A DNA stretch of 64,000 nt from Candidatus Liptonbacteria bacterium (GTDB taxonomy: Bacteria; Patescibacteriota; Minisyncoccia; UBA6257; 2-01-FULL-56-20). The number at the start of each line of letters is the position of its first letter. Position 1 is the stretch's first letter. Location: the NCBI GenBank assembly GCA_016194445.1, contig JACQBP010000040.1:20402-84401 (forward strand), read 5' to 3'. The notes beneath the pieces were generated by a model, which saw only the letters and a list, made by a program, of their open reading frames with translations, ran no database searches and was not told the origin of the DNA. This document shows, in pieces, positions 9,082-18,982 of this stretch. Position numbers and translations under genes: made by a program.

Positions 9082-10074
9082 TTAAAGAAGAGCGTCTGAC
9101 GCTTGAGAGTACTTTCTCATGACAAATTTTCGGCGAGCATAACGAAGAGCTGGAGAAAAAATAAAGAGGGGTAAAAAGAAAGTGATAACTGAGTTGGCAT
9201 AATAAGTAAGATTGTTTCGGGTAAGGGCTCTTTTTCTTTTAAGCCAATCGATCGCGTTTTTCTTATCTTTGACAATAAGCGCTCCGATGTATCCTTTGGT
9301 CAACCAAACACTTCTCTGATTTTTGATTTGAGACAAGAGATCGGAAAGCTGGATTCCGACATATTTTTTCTTAACTTCAGTTTCTAGCCAGTCGAATATT
9401 TTAATATTGGTCTCGGCGGTTTCGATGAGATAGGAGCCTTGGAAAGAGAGATTTTCCCGATGAAATCTCAAGTGGCCGAGGATTTTATTAAGATACTGAA
9501 ATCTGGCCCCTTTGAGAATAAGCTTGAGCCAAATAATGTGATCGTCGGCGCGGCGGAAACTTTCATCGAAACAGTCGATCACTTTTTCTTTTTTTATGAA
9601 GGTTCCCAGAAAATTAATAAAATTGTGCGCAATAAGATTTTCTAAGTTAACTTCAGGGAAGTAGTGGAGATCAAAGCTAAGAAAATGAGCGGGTCTTTCG
9701 GTTTCGAAATATCGAATGTCTCCGTAATACACATCGTAGCCGCTTTGGATGTTGGCAACTAAAGTCTCACAAGCTTGGGGCAAGAGAATGTTGTCCGCGT
9801 CTAAAAAACTCACCCATTGCCCGTGAGAAGATAGGAGCCCATTTTTCCTGGCGGCGGACTGCCCTCGGTTAACCTGTGAAAGGGATCGGCAATTTTGATG
9901 ACGAGATTCATACCGCTTGATTATTTCGGCGGTTTTATCGGTTGAACCATCATTGATTACAATCACTTCGATATTGGAGTAGGTTTGATTGAACGCCGAA
10001 GAAAGGGTGGCCTCGAGAAATGGCTCGGCATTATAAGCTGGGATGATGATAGATATGAGAGGTTGCTTATTCAT
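9082..10074 (-). CDS. family 2 glycosyltransferase
   Basis: ISIIIPAYNAE...VINDGSTDKT...FLDADN. Confidence 0.6.
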   Translation of the reverse strand: MNKQPLISIIIPAYNAEPFLEATLSSAFNQTYSNIEVIVINDGSTDKTAEIIKRYESRHQNCRSLSQVNRGQSAARKNGLLSSHGQWVSFLDADNILLPQACETLVANIQSGYDVYYGDIRYFETERPAHFLSFDLHYFPEVNLENLIAHNFINFLGTFIKKEKVIDCFDESFRRADDHIIWLKLILKGARFQYLNKILGHLRFHRENLSFQGSYLIETAETNIKIFDWLETEVKKKYVGIQLSDLLSQIKNQRSVWLTKGYIGALIVKDKKNAIDWLKRKRALTRNNLTYYANSVITFFLPLFIFSPALRYARRKFVMRKYSQASDALL

Positions 10075-11117
10075 GGAGAGATCCCAATCTTTTTGAATAA
10101 AGTTTTAAATCTTATTTTGTAGGTATGGTCTTGGAGAGTTCTCTGGTAAGCGGACTGGGCAATGGCTTCTCTTTCTTTGTCGTGCGATAGATAATATCTG
10201 ATTTTTTCGATAAGGTCACGCAGAGAGGTGTAGAATATCATTTCCTCACCTTCCGCATAGGATTGTTTTATATCATCAGAGAGACCAGAGATAACAAAAG
10301 CTCGACAACCGGCAAGTTCGAAGGGGCGGGCATGGGTGTGGGGAATAGCAAAGTGGAGATAAGCCTGGAGGTTGTTCAAGAGATGGAAATCTAGCTTTAA
10401 CTTATCGATGGATTTTTTAAAGAAAAGGCGGGCGATGACTTTAGGGGAAAGGCGGCTAGGACGGACATTGAGGTTGAGGTTAATTTTACTGCGAGAAAAA
10501 ATCTCGAGCATCTTTTCTTGAGAAATTCTGCCGCTCGGCCAACCATAACCAAAAGTTTGGACTTTTAAGCCAGCAGCTTCTAGGGTTTGGATAATTTTAC
10601 CGCGGGGAGTTTTAAATTGACCGATAAAACTTATATCGATATCTTTTTTAAGATCGAGGGGTTGATAAAGGGAGTCGTTACAGGCCCATTGGGAGGGGAT
10701 GACGTTTTCAAAACCTTGCTTACGGTACCAAGCGATGGCTTTTGAATAAGTAGTGATAACCCAGCTGAAATAGGGCGGCCAAGTTTTAGAATAGTTCCAG
10801 AAGCGCCAATAGTCGTCGGCGAACCAAGCGACACTTTTAGTTTTATGTTTGATTTTAAGAAGAAAATTAGGGTCAAGCTCGTTGGTATACATAAAAGCGA
10901 AAAAGAGATCGGGTTTTTCCTTTTCCACTAAAGCCAGAAGTTCTTCATTAAATTTTCGTTTACCGACTTCCAAGATGCGATCAAAGGGATGTTCAATAAC
11001 TTGGAGGCCGGGCATATTTTTTAGAGTAAGGTAAAAATTATTATACTCGAAACTTAGGCCACGATGGGGTTGATAGTTTTCTCTTTGAAGACCGGAGTAG
11101 ATGACCTTAAGAGACAT
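10071..11117 (-). CDS. CgeB-like / DUF3880 glycosyltransferase (paralog 1 of 5)
   Basis: Central WFADDYWRFWNYSK...SWVITTYSKA and C-terminal ELAGCRAFVIS...IRYYLSHDKEREAIAQSAYQRTLQDHTY; closely similar to 37123..38253. Confidence 0.5.
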   Translation of the reverse strand: MSLKVIYSGLQRENYQPHRGLSFEYNNFYLTLKNMPGLQVIEHPFDRILEVGKRKFNEELLALVEKEKPDLFFAFMYTNELDPNFLLKIKHKTKSVAWFADDYWRFWNYSKTWPPYFSWVITTYSKAIAWYRKQGFENVIPSQWACNDSLYQPLDLKKDIDISFIGQFKTPRGKIIQTLEAAGLKVQTFGYGWPSGRISQEKMLEIFSRSKINLNLNVRPSRLSPKVIARLFFKKSIDKLKLDFHLLNNLQAYLHFAIPHTHARPFELAGCRAFVISGLSDDIKQSYAEGEEMIFYTSLRDLIEKIRYYLSHDKEREAIAQSAYQRTLQDHTYKIRFKTLFKKIGISP

Positions 11118-11128
11118 ACTGGAAAAAA

Positions 11129-12136
11129 TTAAAAAGTTTTGAGATTTAGAGGGGTGATCGATGGCAATGAATACTGATGAGTTTTTAAATCAAACTCTTG
11201 ATAGCCAAGAGGGTTGCAAAGATTGACTAGCTTTCCCCAATCTTTTTCAGAAAGATTCTTAGCGAGTACGATATAGCCCCGGAGTAATGGGCTAGTGGAA
11301 CCAGCGGCGGAGGGAGGATACGCTGGAAATAAGATATGATAGTTGTCATTTAGGGTAGGCTCAATAAAGCTTAAATCATTTTTCAAAATTTTCTTCCCTT
11401 CGTAGTATATATCATATTCGAACCAGGGTTTCCCGGGAACCTCAAAATCGTCAATCATAATAACGGCTCGAGGAAGAGATTGGAGTTCATTTAACTCGTC
11501 AAGAATAGGCCAGTAATCGTACCAATGAGCATCGAGGAAGACTAGGGGAAAATTACCGAGGCAAGAAGTCTGGATAAGTTTATGAAGCGCTTTCGGAGAA
11601 GAATCCTTGAGTAAGACAATGTTTTTTGAAGAAAGGAAACGTCGCGCACTTTCTCGATAATATTCTCTTGAGAGTTCGATAGTGTAAATAGAAAGAGCTG
11701 GGAAGATTTTTGATAAGTAAAGAGTGGTGTCACCGAGAAAGGTGCCAGTTTCAACACAAGAAGTAAGAGGAAGGTTTTTGAAGACTTCAACTAAAGCCTG
11801 CCATTTTTTGTCGCCATGAAAAGGTTCGCCGTATTTTTTAAGCGAGGGGGGGGTAAGAAATCTGGCAGCGCGCGCCGGAAAATGTTTGGTTGCCCGACCA
11901 ATTTTGAAGATCAAAGGAGAATGGAAACGTAAAAACTTTTTAAGTGGAGCGGTTATTTTCATAAAACTAATAATATTCTCTAATCTTAGAAAAGGAAAGT
12001 CTTGAGAGGGGTGGTGAACGAAGAATGGATAAGAAGCGAAGGATTTTAGACTCGGTGGTTGATCATCGGCTTTCCTATCTGTTAATATGAAATGGGTGAT
12101 ATTTTTGAATTTGGTTTGAACTAATCCACCGAACAT
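11129..12136 (-). CDS. class I SAM methyltransferase, Methyltransf_24/CmcI-like (putative sugar O-methyltransferase)
   Basis: CVETGTFLGDTTLYL...IYTIELSREYYRESARRF and later MIDDFEVP; paralogous architecture to 38222..39022. Start uncertain: ATG at 12202 overlaps wzx, the internal ATG near 12136 does not. Confidence 0.45.
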   Translation of the reverse strand: MFGGLVQTKFKNITHFILTDRKADDQPPSLKSFASYPFFVHHPSQDFPFLRLENIISFMKITAPLKKFLRFHSPLIFKIGRATKHFPARAARFLTPPSLKKYGEPFHGDKKWQALVEVFKNLPLTSCVETGTFLGDTTLYLSKIFPALSIYTIELSREYYRESARRFLSSKNIVLLKDSSPKALHKLIQTSCLGNFPLVFLDAHWYDYWPILDELNELQSLPRAVIMIDDFEVPGKPWFEYDIYYEGKKILKNDLSFIEPTLNDNYHILFPAYPPSAAGSTSPLLRGYIVLAKNLSEKDWGKLVNLCNPLGYQEFDLKTHQYSLPSITPLNLKTF

Positions 12137-13616
12137 GATTAAAAAGATTAGAAGCTTTCTTTTCTTTAACAAGAATCTACGCCAAACTGTTGCTAAAAAC
12201 ACCTTTTGGCTAAGCGTGTCGAATGTAGTGGGTAAAAGCCTTCGCGCAATTATTATAATTTACGCTGCGCGAGTGTTGGGCGCCGAAGGATACGGGGTTT
12301 TTTCCTACGCATTCGGATTTTCAGCTTTTATAATGGGATTTAGCGACTTAGGGATTACCGGCATATTGAACCGTGAACTTTCAAAGGGACTGGGTCGAGA
12401 GAAAAAAATTATCGCGACAAGTTTTTTTTTAAAACTAATCCTTTCTGCTTTAACCTATACTATTACGCTCGTGGCCGCCTTCACGGTGATGCCGATTGCG
12501 GCCGCAAGAATAGTGGTGTTGATCTTAAGTTTTTCGCTTTTTTTAGATGGTTTACGAGAATTCGGGTTTGGTATTACCCGCTCGTTTCAAAAAATGGAAA
12601 TTGAGGCGGGGGTAACGATAGTTTATCAATTAGGTAGCGTGATAGTCGGGCTGATTGTTTTTGTTATTTGGAAAACACCTTTAGCACTAGCGGCGGCGTA
12701 TCTTTTTGGAAGCTTTTTGGGATTAGTGCTAATTATAAGGTATCTCAAGGAGTACTTTCGGAATATGAGAGAAGGGTATGATTCGAGTTTAGTAAAATCT
12801 ATCCTTCGAGACGCTTGGCCATTTGCTATAACAGCCTTTGGAAATTTGATCCTTCTTTACACTGATACTATTTTAATCGGATGGTTAAGAGCGGAAGCGG
12901 ATGTGGGCTACTACAGCGCGGCTTCTAAGATTATCCAACTTTTAAATATGGCGCCGAGTCTTTTTATTTTAGCCCTTTTTCCGGCGCTGACCCAGAAAAT
13001 TATGGCCAAAGAGGCGAAATCTATAATCGAAAAATCACTGGCTTTGCTTGTATTAATTGGGCTCCCAATAGCCATCGGAGGATTTTTAATACCGGGATTT
13101 ATAATTGGTCTTGTTTTCGGAAAAGAATACGCACTCACGGTGCCGATTTTTAGAATTTTAATTCTCACTACTATTGTCAGCTTTCCTTCCGCGGTCGTAG
13201 CCTATTCCCTTTTGGCTCACAATAAACAGTCGAAGGTGGTTAAATATGTGTTGGGATCAGCGGCTTTGAATTTAGCGTTGAACTATTTATTGATTCGAAG
13301 ATTGGGAAATCCGGGAGCGGCTCTGGCCACGTTGATTGCACAAACCATTACTTTTTTAGGTATGTTTTACGAACTTAATAAATTAGAAAAAATTTTTACG
13401 ATAAAGCCTTTCTGGCGGATTATAGCGAGCACAACGGTGATGACAATGGTGATCTTGGTTTTGAAAGTGGCGGGTGGGCCGCTACCGCTTGTTTTTGGAC
13501 TGGCTTTATTATCGTATTTGGGAGCGCTTAAAATTTTCAGAGAGCCATTACTTGGAGAAATTTTTGATCCTTTTAAAAAACTGATTGAAAATTTGAAAGG
13601 GAGATCTGTATTGTGA
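12135..13616 (+). CDS. Wzx-like oligosaccharide flippase (polysaccharide biosynthesis protein, MOP superfamily)
   Basis: 493 aa, about 12-14 predicted TM helices, N-terminal NTFWLSVSNVVGKSLRA typical of Wzx. Confidence 0.6.
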   Translation: MIKKIRSFLFFNKNLRQTVAKNTFWLSVSNVVGKSLRAIIIIYAARVLGAEGYGVFSYAFGFSAFIMGFSDLGITGILNRELSKGLGREKKIIATSFFLKLILSALTYTITLVAAFTVMPIAAARIVVLILSFSLFLDGLREFGFGITRSFQKMEIEAGVTIVYQLGSVIVGLIVFVIWKTPLALAAAYLFGSFLGLVLIIRYLKEYFRNMREGYDSSLVKSILRDAWPFAITAFGNLILLYTDTILIGWLRAEADVGYYSAASKIIQLLNMAPSLFILALFPALTQKIMAKEAKSIIEKSLALLVLIGLPIAIGGFLIPGFIIGLVFGKEYALTVPIFRILILTTIVSFPSAVVAYSLLAHNKQSKVVKYVLGSAALNLALNYLLIRRLGNPGAALATLIAQTITFLGMFYELNKLEKIFTIKPFWRIIASTTVMTMVILVLKVAGGPLPLVFGLALLSYLGALKIFREPLLGEIFDPFKKLIENLKGRSVL

Positions 13617-13620
13617 TATC

Positions 13621-14037
13621 ATGACAGATATGAACATGGTTACTTCGTTTTTACTTTTACTCGCTGCTCTGATTACTGCGACAGGACAAATATTAATGAA
13701 AAAAGGATCGCAGGTATTGCAGAAAACACTGACGCTTGTGGCACCGGATCAGTTAGGTGGGGGGTGGTTGAAGAAAATTTTCACGATCACCTTTGAGCCG
13801 CATGTTTTAATAGCATTTACACTATATTTTTTGGGGTCATTTCTATGGTTAAAAATTTTAACCCGGGGAAATTTGGGTTCTCTTTATCCTATACTGATCG
13901 GCATGACCATTTTGATCACAAGCGTCGCTTCAGTATTTATTTTTAAAGAAACATTCACGATTGTGAAAATGGCGGGGGTTATTTTTATCATTTTAGGAGT
14001 GACATTACTTTTAAATTTTGGAATCCAGCACAACTAG
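13621..14037 (+). CDS. small 4-TM DMT/EamA-type membrane protein (ArnE/ArnF- or GtrA-like lipid-linked sugar flippase subunit)
   Basis: 138 aa, four hydrophobic segments, GQILMKKG EamA-like motif; adjacent to a polyprenyl-phosphate GT2. Confidence 0.45.
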   Translation: MTDMNMVTSFLLLLAALITATGQILMKKGSQVLQKTLTLVAPDQLGGGWLKKIFTITFEPHVLIAFTLYFLGSFLWLKILTRGNLGSLYPILIGMTILITSVASVFIFKETFTIVKMAGVIFIILGVTLLLNFGIQHN

Positions 14038-14096
14038 ATTTCTCTTTGTGAACCCGCCACCACATTTTACAGTCTCAGAATCGAGGTCTTATATTT

Positions 14097-14834
14097 TCAA
14101 AGGCGAGGTTTCCTGTAGGATGGGGTAAAATAAATACGCCAGATGAGTTTACTGATAGTGCTCGCGACAAGCAGAAAGTTTTTTAGACTCAAGGCCTTGG
14201 CTTTTCCTCCCTCTCTTTTTTGCAAGCGCGTTTCCACTTCTTCGTAGGAGACGCCGGATTTTATAAGCTCGATTAAAATCTCAGACATAAAGGCGAACCC
14301 AGGTGTCCACCGGGGCAACTGCAGTAAAAGATCACGACGGATAAGACACGCACCATTTAAATAATGTAGCTTAAGACCGAAGAGAATATTGAGTATAACA
14401 ACATAACTACGAGAAATAATCTGTCGCGAGCGGGACCTTATTTCAGCATTTGTCGGATAAGAAATGATAAGATCAGTAACACCAAGTTTCTTAACGACAT
14501 TGATGAGTGTTTGTCCGGACTCTTCGTTATCGCCTGGGACCATCATCACATACTTTCCGCGAGCTTTCTCCACGCCCTGCCGGAAGGCGCCGCCGATATT
14601 ATACGGCTTTTGATTGTGAATAGCGGTGATTTTTGGGAATTCGCTTTTCCGAACCGCGTTATCCATCAGGGCGCCGGTGCGATCGCTGCTTCCATCATTC
14701 ACAAGAATAAGCTCGCACGGCGTTTTAAGCTCGCGAGCTACTTTTTGGATGACGGTTTGGATGGTCGCTTCGATAGCCTGCTCCTCGTTCAAGGCCGGAA
14801 TAATAATGGAAAGTTGGAGTGGAGAATCTGTCAT
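14097..14834 (-). CDS. polyprenyl-phosphate glycosyltransferase (GT2, DPM1/ArnC/GtrB-like)
   Basis: 245 aa short GT2; LSIIIPALNEE...VNDGSSDRT. Confidence 0.6.
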   Translation of the reverse strand: MTDSPLQLSIIIPALNEEQAIEATIQTVIQKVARELKTPCELILVNDGSSDRTGALMDNAVRKSEFPKITAIHNQKPYNIGGAFRQGVEKARGKYVMMVPGDNEESGQTLINVVKKLGVTDLIISYPTNAEIRSRSRQIISRSYVVILNILFGLKLHYLNGACLIRRDLLLQLPRWTPGFAFMSEILIELIKSGVSYEEVETRLQKREGGKAKALSLKNFLLVASTISKLIWRIYFTPSYRKPRL

Positions 14835-15298
14835 TTGGGTTTCGAACTCAACCAGGCAAGAAGATCCCGAAAATCTTCTTTATGATTAAAAGCTAAATCC
14901 ATTTTTAAAATATCCGGAACAGGTAAATAAGAAATTTTTTGTCCTTCGGTATGATAAGTGGTGGCCAGGGATAGATTCGCCAAGGCGTAAAAAACAAAAT
15001 TGTGGTTATACCAAGTAAATTGAGAGTCATGAGAAATCCAGAAGTAGTCTCGGAAAAATCTAATTTTTTGAAGATTAACACCGAGTTCTTCTTTGACCTC
15101 GCGGACGACGGTGACTTCGGGATCTTCAAGCACTTCTAGGGCGCCGGAGATGGGAGTCCATTTACCAGGTTCTCTGGTTGCACTGACCGTCCTTAATTGC
15201 ATTAAAAATTCTCCGTTTGAGTTTTCCAGGTAAATTGACACACCCCGAGCTAGCTTGGGTTCTTTTTTAAAAAAATCCTCGTCTTGGTTAAAAACCAT
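14831..15298 (-). CDS. NUDIX hydrolase
   Basis: Nudix box GALEVLEDPEVTVVREVKEELGV. Confidence 0.55.
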   Translation of the reverse strand: MVFNQDEDFFKKEPKLARGVSIYLENSNGEFLMQLRTVSATREPGKWTPISGALEVLEDPEVTVVREVKEELGVNLQKIRFFRDYFWISHDSQFTWYNHNFVFYALANLSLATTYHTEGQKISYLPVPDILKMDLAFNHKEDFRDLLAWLSSKPK

Positions 15299-15410
15299 GA
15301 GAATGATTATACTCCGGAAAATATTAAATCATAGGTTATAGTCCGCCGCCAAAAAAAGAGCCCCTAAAAGGCGGCTCTTTGATGGGTCCACTTTTTAGGG
15401 TGGACGACTT

Positions 15411-17294
15411 TCAGACTGAAGGCATACTGCCTAAGAACTGGCCGGGTCTTTCGCCCCGGAGTAGAGGCTTAGCGGGTTTTTTCCTCATAAAACGCTTCCA
15501 AACATCGAGCCGCAAGGTTTCGAGGAAGAATGCCCACGTTTCGCGCCTACTTTGGTGCATCGGGTAGACTCGTTTCTGGTGCATGTAGATCTTGGAGGCC
15601 GTATAGAGCCACTGATAAACTCGGGTGACCCAACGGAAAGGTATTTCGGCGAACACGTAGACGATGAGTCTACTGAGCGGTTTCGACAACCACCGCATGA
15701 AGCGGTTCCGACTCCCCGAGAACAAGATACAGACAGTTCCGAGGAGGGCCAGATTTTCCATAACCGTTTTCTCGCGTTCAGTGAAACACCCGACGAGAGG
15801 AGACCGATTTTGGTAGCTGGCGTGTAGAGCGCCGTAGTCGCCGTCAAAGTACCCTTTGCGAATGAGGTATTGGGTGACCTCGGTTCGAGGGTACGGACAA
15901 AGTGTCCCGAATTCGCCAAAGCTAGTGTGTAGGTCGGTAGTGTAGAGCACCGATTGGCGGTCGTAGTCAAGCTGGCTACGGTGTAAGTCGGTTTGCCGGA
16001 GGCGATTTAAGATGAGTTGCCGGCAGGGCAATCCGTCTGGGTTGCTGAATTGGCTACGGATCTCTCGAATGACCTGCCCTAAGTCAACACTCTTTCTCCT
16101 CACCGGTTTGAAGTGTTGCGACTCTTCAACGATCTCCGCCACCTTCTCGTCGAAATCTCGGTCAAGCAGACTCGGGATTTTTGGAGCAGGAATAGCCAGG
16201 ATAGTGTTGGAAAAAGTGCAAATACCCAGCTCCTCGGCGGCTCGGAAGCCTCCCTGGATTTCCTCGTCTGACATGTCGCGGGCAATAATGTGATCCCGAA
16301 TGAAAGAATTGCCCGACTCGATTGACATGGTTAGAGAGAAGATGCCGGCTTGCTTCAGAAGTGGCAGGGCCCAAGGATTTTTCATAACCAGGTCGCATCG
16401 GACTAGGCAGTGAAAGGGCAGACCGACTTGCCTTGGGTAAATCTCGGCAAATTTCTCTAACCACTCACGATCTGGAGGGAAAATGGGAAAGACGTCGTCG
16501 TAGTGCTTGATGAAGCGAGTGGGCCAATCCCTCTTCAGCTTCGCCAGCTCGTCACAATAACGTTCGGGCGAGTATCGTTGGAGGATGTTGCCCTTCCCCC
16601 CATACATTGCATTGAAGTCGTGTTCAAAGCAGTAGGTACAGCGGAATGGACAACCGCGCCCAGCCATGTGCGTTCGTTTGAAGCGCTGGCCGAAAAGCGT
16701 GGTTTGATAAACCAGTTCGCGGTCGAGGTAGGGCAGATCGTCCAGGTTGCTTTTCCGATCCGCATAGAAATCCGGAGTGACATAGGTTTCGGTGTGCGGT
16801 TTCCCGGAGGGATCGATGACGGAAAGTTGTTTTAACACCCGACCACAGTTTCTCTTCGTGATCATGTTCGGGATTTCGTCGATACGGCCAGACCCTTCTT
16901 CGAAAGCATCGAGGAAAGCCGGCCAGGCGTCATCGCATTCAAGAAATCCAATGGCGTCCAGACAAGGTTCTTCGGCGATCACTCCCGGATAGGAGCTGCA
17001 ATAAGGACCACCTAAAACCGTCATCACGCTTGAGCCCATTTTGCTTTTGATGGCGCGCATGATATCGATGTAGGCTCGGTGAGAACCAGTGATGGCACTC
17101 GCTGCCACGATGTTCGGCTTTAGTTCTTCAACAACCCGCATGATGTCATCGCGCTCAAGGAGAGCGAGATGACAAGTCCTCCAGGGAGCGTTTTGTTTCG
17201 TTAGCGCAGAGAGGAGCATGAGGTTCATAGGTTCGGTCATGTCTCCGTCGTCTCGCATAATCCACAAAACACGCGTTTCGCTTTTAAGCGGCAT
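15411..17294 (-). CDS. B12-binding radical SAM protein (class B rSAM methyltransferase-like) with about 250 aa C-terminal extension
   Basis: N-terminal cobalamin-binding-like domain, then CPFRCTYC (CxxxCxxC) radical SAM cluster motif; 627 aa. Confidence 0.6.
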   Translation of the reverse strand: MPLKSETRVLWIMRDDGDMTEPMNLMLLSALTKQNAPWRTCHLALLERDDIMRVVEELKPNIVAASAITGSHRAYIDIMRAIKSKMGSSVMTVLGGPYCSSYPGVIAEEPCLDAIGFLECDDAWPAFLDAFEEGSGRIDEIPNMITKRNCGRVLKQLSVIDPSGKPHTETYVTPDFYADRKSNLDDLPYLDRELVYQTTLFGQRFKRTHMAGRGCPFRCTYCFEHDFNAMYGGKGNILQRYSPERYCDELAKLKRDWPTRFIKHYDDVFPIFPPDREWLEKFAEIYPRQVGLPFHCLVRCDLVMKNPWALPLLKQAGIFSLTMSIESGNSFIRDHIIARDMSDEEIQGGFRAAEELGICTFSNTILAIPAPKIPSLLDRDFDEKVAEIVEESQHFKPVRRKSVDLGQVIREIRSQFSNPDGLPCRQLILNRLRQTDLHRSQLDYDRQSVLYTTDLHTSFGEFGTLCPYPRTEVTQYLIRKGYFDGDYGALHASYQNRSPLVGCFTEREKTVMENLALLGTVCILFSGSRNRFMRWLSKPLSRLIVYVFAEIPFRWVTRVYQWLYTASKIYMHQKRVYPMHQSRRETWAFFLETLRLDVWKRFMRKKPAKPLLRGERPGQFLGSMPSV

Positions 17295-17369
17295 AAGTTT
17301 TCCTCCTTATTTTCAGTTAACAAACAGCTAGTGGAAGGTTAACACAAGCCAGAGAAATAGCAAGTAAAA

Positions 17370-17885
17370 TTAGGGCTGCTCCGAAGATGGAAAAGTCCGA
17401 CAAATTTTTTGGATGATATCGGTAGAATGTGCTAACTCTAAAACAAATTCAACTTTTCCACCGTATGATTCTACTAAGTTTTTATCTAATACGAATCCGG
17501 AAGTGGGATGGGTTTGATACTCCGCACCTTTCACCAAAAAATGAGGCTGCACTGCCTCGATGATCTGGCGGGGACCATAATCATCATTGATAATAACGAA
17601 ATCAACCATCTCGAGTGCGGCGATCCACATTGATCTTAGATTTTGATCGAAAATAGGCCGGTTTGGCCCCTTCCGAACATAGTGGTCACCGACAAGAACA
17701 ACGTAGAGAATATCGCCCTTACTTTTGGCGCGCCAAAAGTAATCAATATGGCCCGGGTGGACAAGATCGAAAACGCCATCACATTGAACCAGCACCTGAC
17801 CTTCTTTTTTAAGTTCCCGAGCTAAGGCGATAAAATCTGCGGGAGTTTTTATTTTTGAGTTAGCTCTTTGATTAACAAAACTCAT
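17370..17885 (-). CDS. cytidylyltransferase-fold enzyme, HldE domain II-like heptose 1-phosphate adenylyltransferase
   Basis: CDGVFDLVHPGHIDYFWRAKSKGDILYV...RPIFDQNLR aligns with RfaE/HldE C-terminal domain (GCFDILHAGH); 171 aa. Confidence 0.55.
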   Translation of the reverse strand: MSFVNQRANSKIKTPADFIALARELKKEGQVLVQCDGVFDLVHPGHIDYFWRAKSKGDILYVVLVGDHYVRKGPNRPIFDQNLRSMWIAALEMVDFVIINDDYGPRQIIEAVQPHFLVKGAEYQTHPTSGFVLDKNLVESYGGKVEFVLELAHSTDIIQKICRTFPSSEQP

Positions 17886-17931
17886 ATCAGCCTTTAAAAG
17901 TTAGCGCGCGGGACGGCGTAACCGCGCTGAC

Positions 17932-18924
17932 TTATACATCTCCGGGAAGTTTCGCCATAAGTTTAAGGATGTCGGCCGTGTCTTCTCCTCTTCCTTCCTG
18001 TGAACTTTTGAAGGCTTCCATGTCAATGTGGTGGACATTCTCGGGAAAAGGAAATTTACGTTCTTTCACCTCTTTTACGTATTGAGAGAATACATCAAGA
18101 ATAACCTGCCCCGCAGTTTTATTCCCGACATCTGATTGGTAGTGTTTGATATATTTTGGCACAGGTCGGGTACCCCAGTCGTAGAAATCAATGGGATCGT
18201 GACCAATTAGAAGTTGCCCATCAGTAAAGCGTCCCGATCCGATACCGTAGACGGGGATTTTGAGCTCGTGATGGATGATTCCAGCAACTTCTTCGGTGAC
18301 GCCCTCGAGAAGAATCGCGAAGGCTCCGGCGTGTTCAAGCGCCTTGGCGGTTTTCAATAATTCCATGGTACTTTCTACGGTTTTCCCTTGGATGCGATGC
18401 CCCCCCATCTCATGAATTTTTTGGGGATTTAAGCCCAAGTGCCCCATGACAAGCACCTCCGCGTTCGCGATCGCCTCAAAGCGAGGAAGAAGCTTCATGC
18501 TCGCCTCACACTTCACCGCAGCACACTTCGCTTCTTTAATAAATCTTACAGCGTTGCGCACCGCATCTTCGTTAGACGCTTGATAGGCGCCCAAGGGCAT
18601 ATCCCCGACCGTAAATACTGGCCCAGCGCCGCGCACGGCGGCGGAGGCAAAAACAATCATCTCGTCCATGGTGACGGGAAGGGTGTTCCCATATCCCAAA
18701 ACTGTCATGCCAAGAGAGTCGCCGACGATAATAACATCGACGCCCGCTTTCGCCGCGGTCCTGGCAAAGGGATAATCATAGATACTCAAGGCCGCCACTG
18801 GAATCCCTTTTTCTTTCATATTCTGAAGGGTCGTGACTTTGACGTCGGAGCGTGGCTTTTTTGGAGACACCTCGAGTTGGGCCGCTGGTTGTGGTGAGTG
18901 CGCGGGATCAATAAGATCTGGCAT
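17932..18924 (-). CDS. PanB-like (ketopantoate hydroxymethyltransferase fold) enzyme with N- and C-terminal extensions
   Basis: LSIYDYPFARTAAKAGVDVIIVGDSLGMTVLGYGNTLPVTMDEM matches the PanB core (MTAYD...VGDSLGMV.LGY.ST.PVT.DDM); 330 aa against about 264 for PanB. Confidence 0.5.
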   Translation of the reverse strand: MPDLIDPAHSPQPAAQLEVSPKKPRSDVKVTTLQNMKEKGIPVAALSIYDYPFARTAAKAGVDVIIVGDSLGMTVLGYGNTLPVTMDEMIVFASAAVRGAGPVFTVGDMPLGAYQASNEDAVRNAVRFIKEAKCAAVKCEASMKLLPRFEAIANAEVLVMGHLGLNPQKIHEMGGHRIQGKTVESTMELLKTAKALEHAGAFAILLEGVTEEVAGIIHHELKIPVYGIGSGRFTDGQLLIGHDPIDFYDWGTRPVPKYIKHYQSDVGNKTAGQVILDVFSQYVKEVKERKFPFPENVHHIDMEAFKSSQEGRGEDTADILKLMAKLPGDV

Positions 18925-18982
18925 AATTTTAAACGATAGGCTATTAGCAGGAAAAGGTCAATCTTGGAATTTGATCTCCAAA

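Noticed and set aside
11129-12202. 68-nt overlap between the methyltransferase (ATG at 12202) and wzx (ATG at 12135)
   Set aside because: Probably an artefact of choosing the longest ORF; the internal Met near 12136 removes the overlap. The same logic applies at 36447..37238, 39029..40099, 48416..49519 and 57876..58346.
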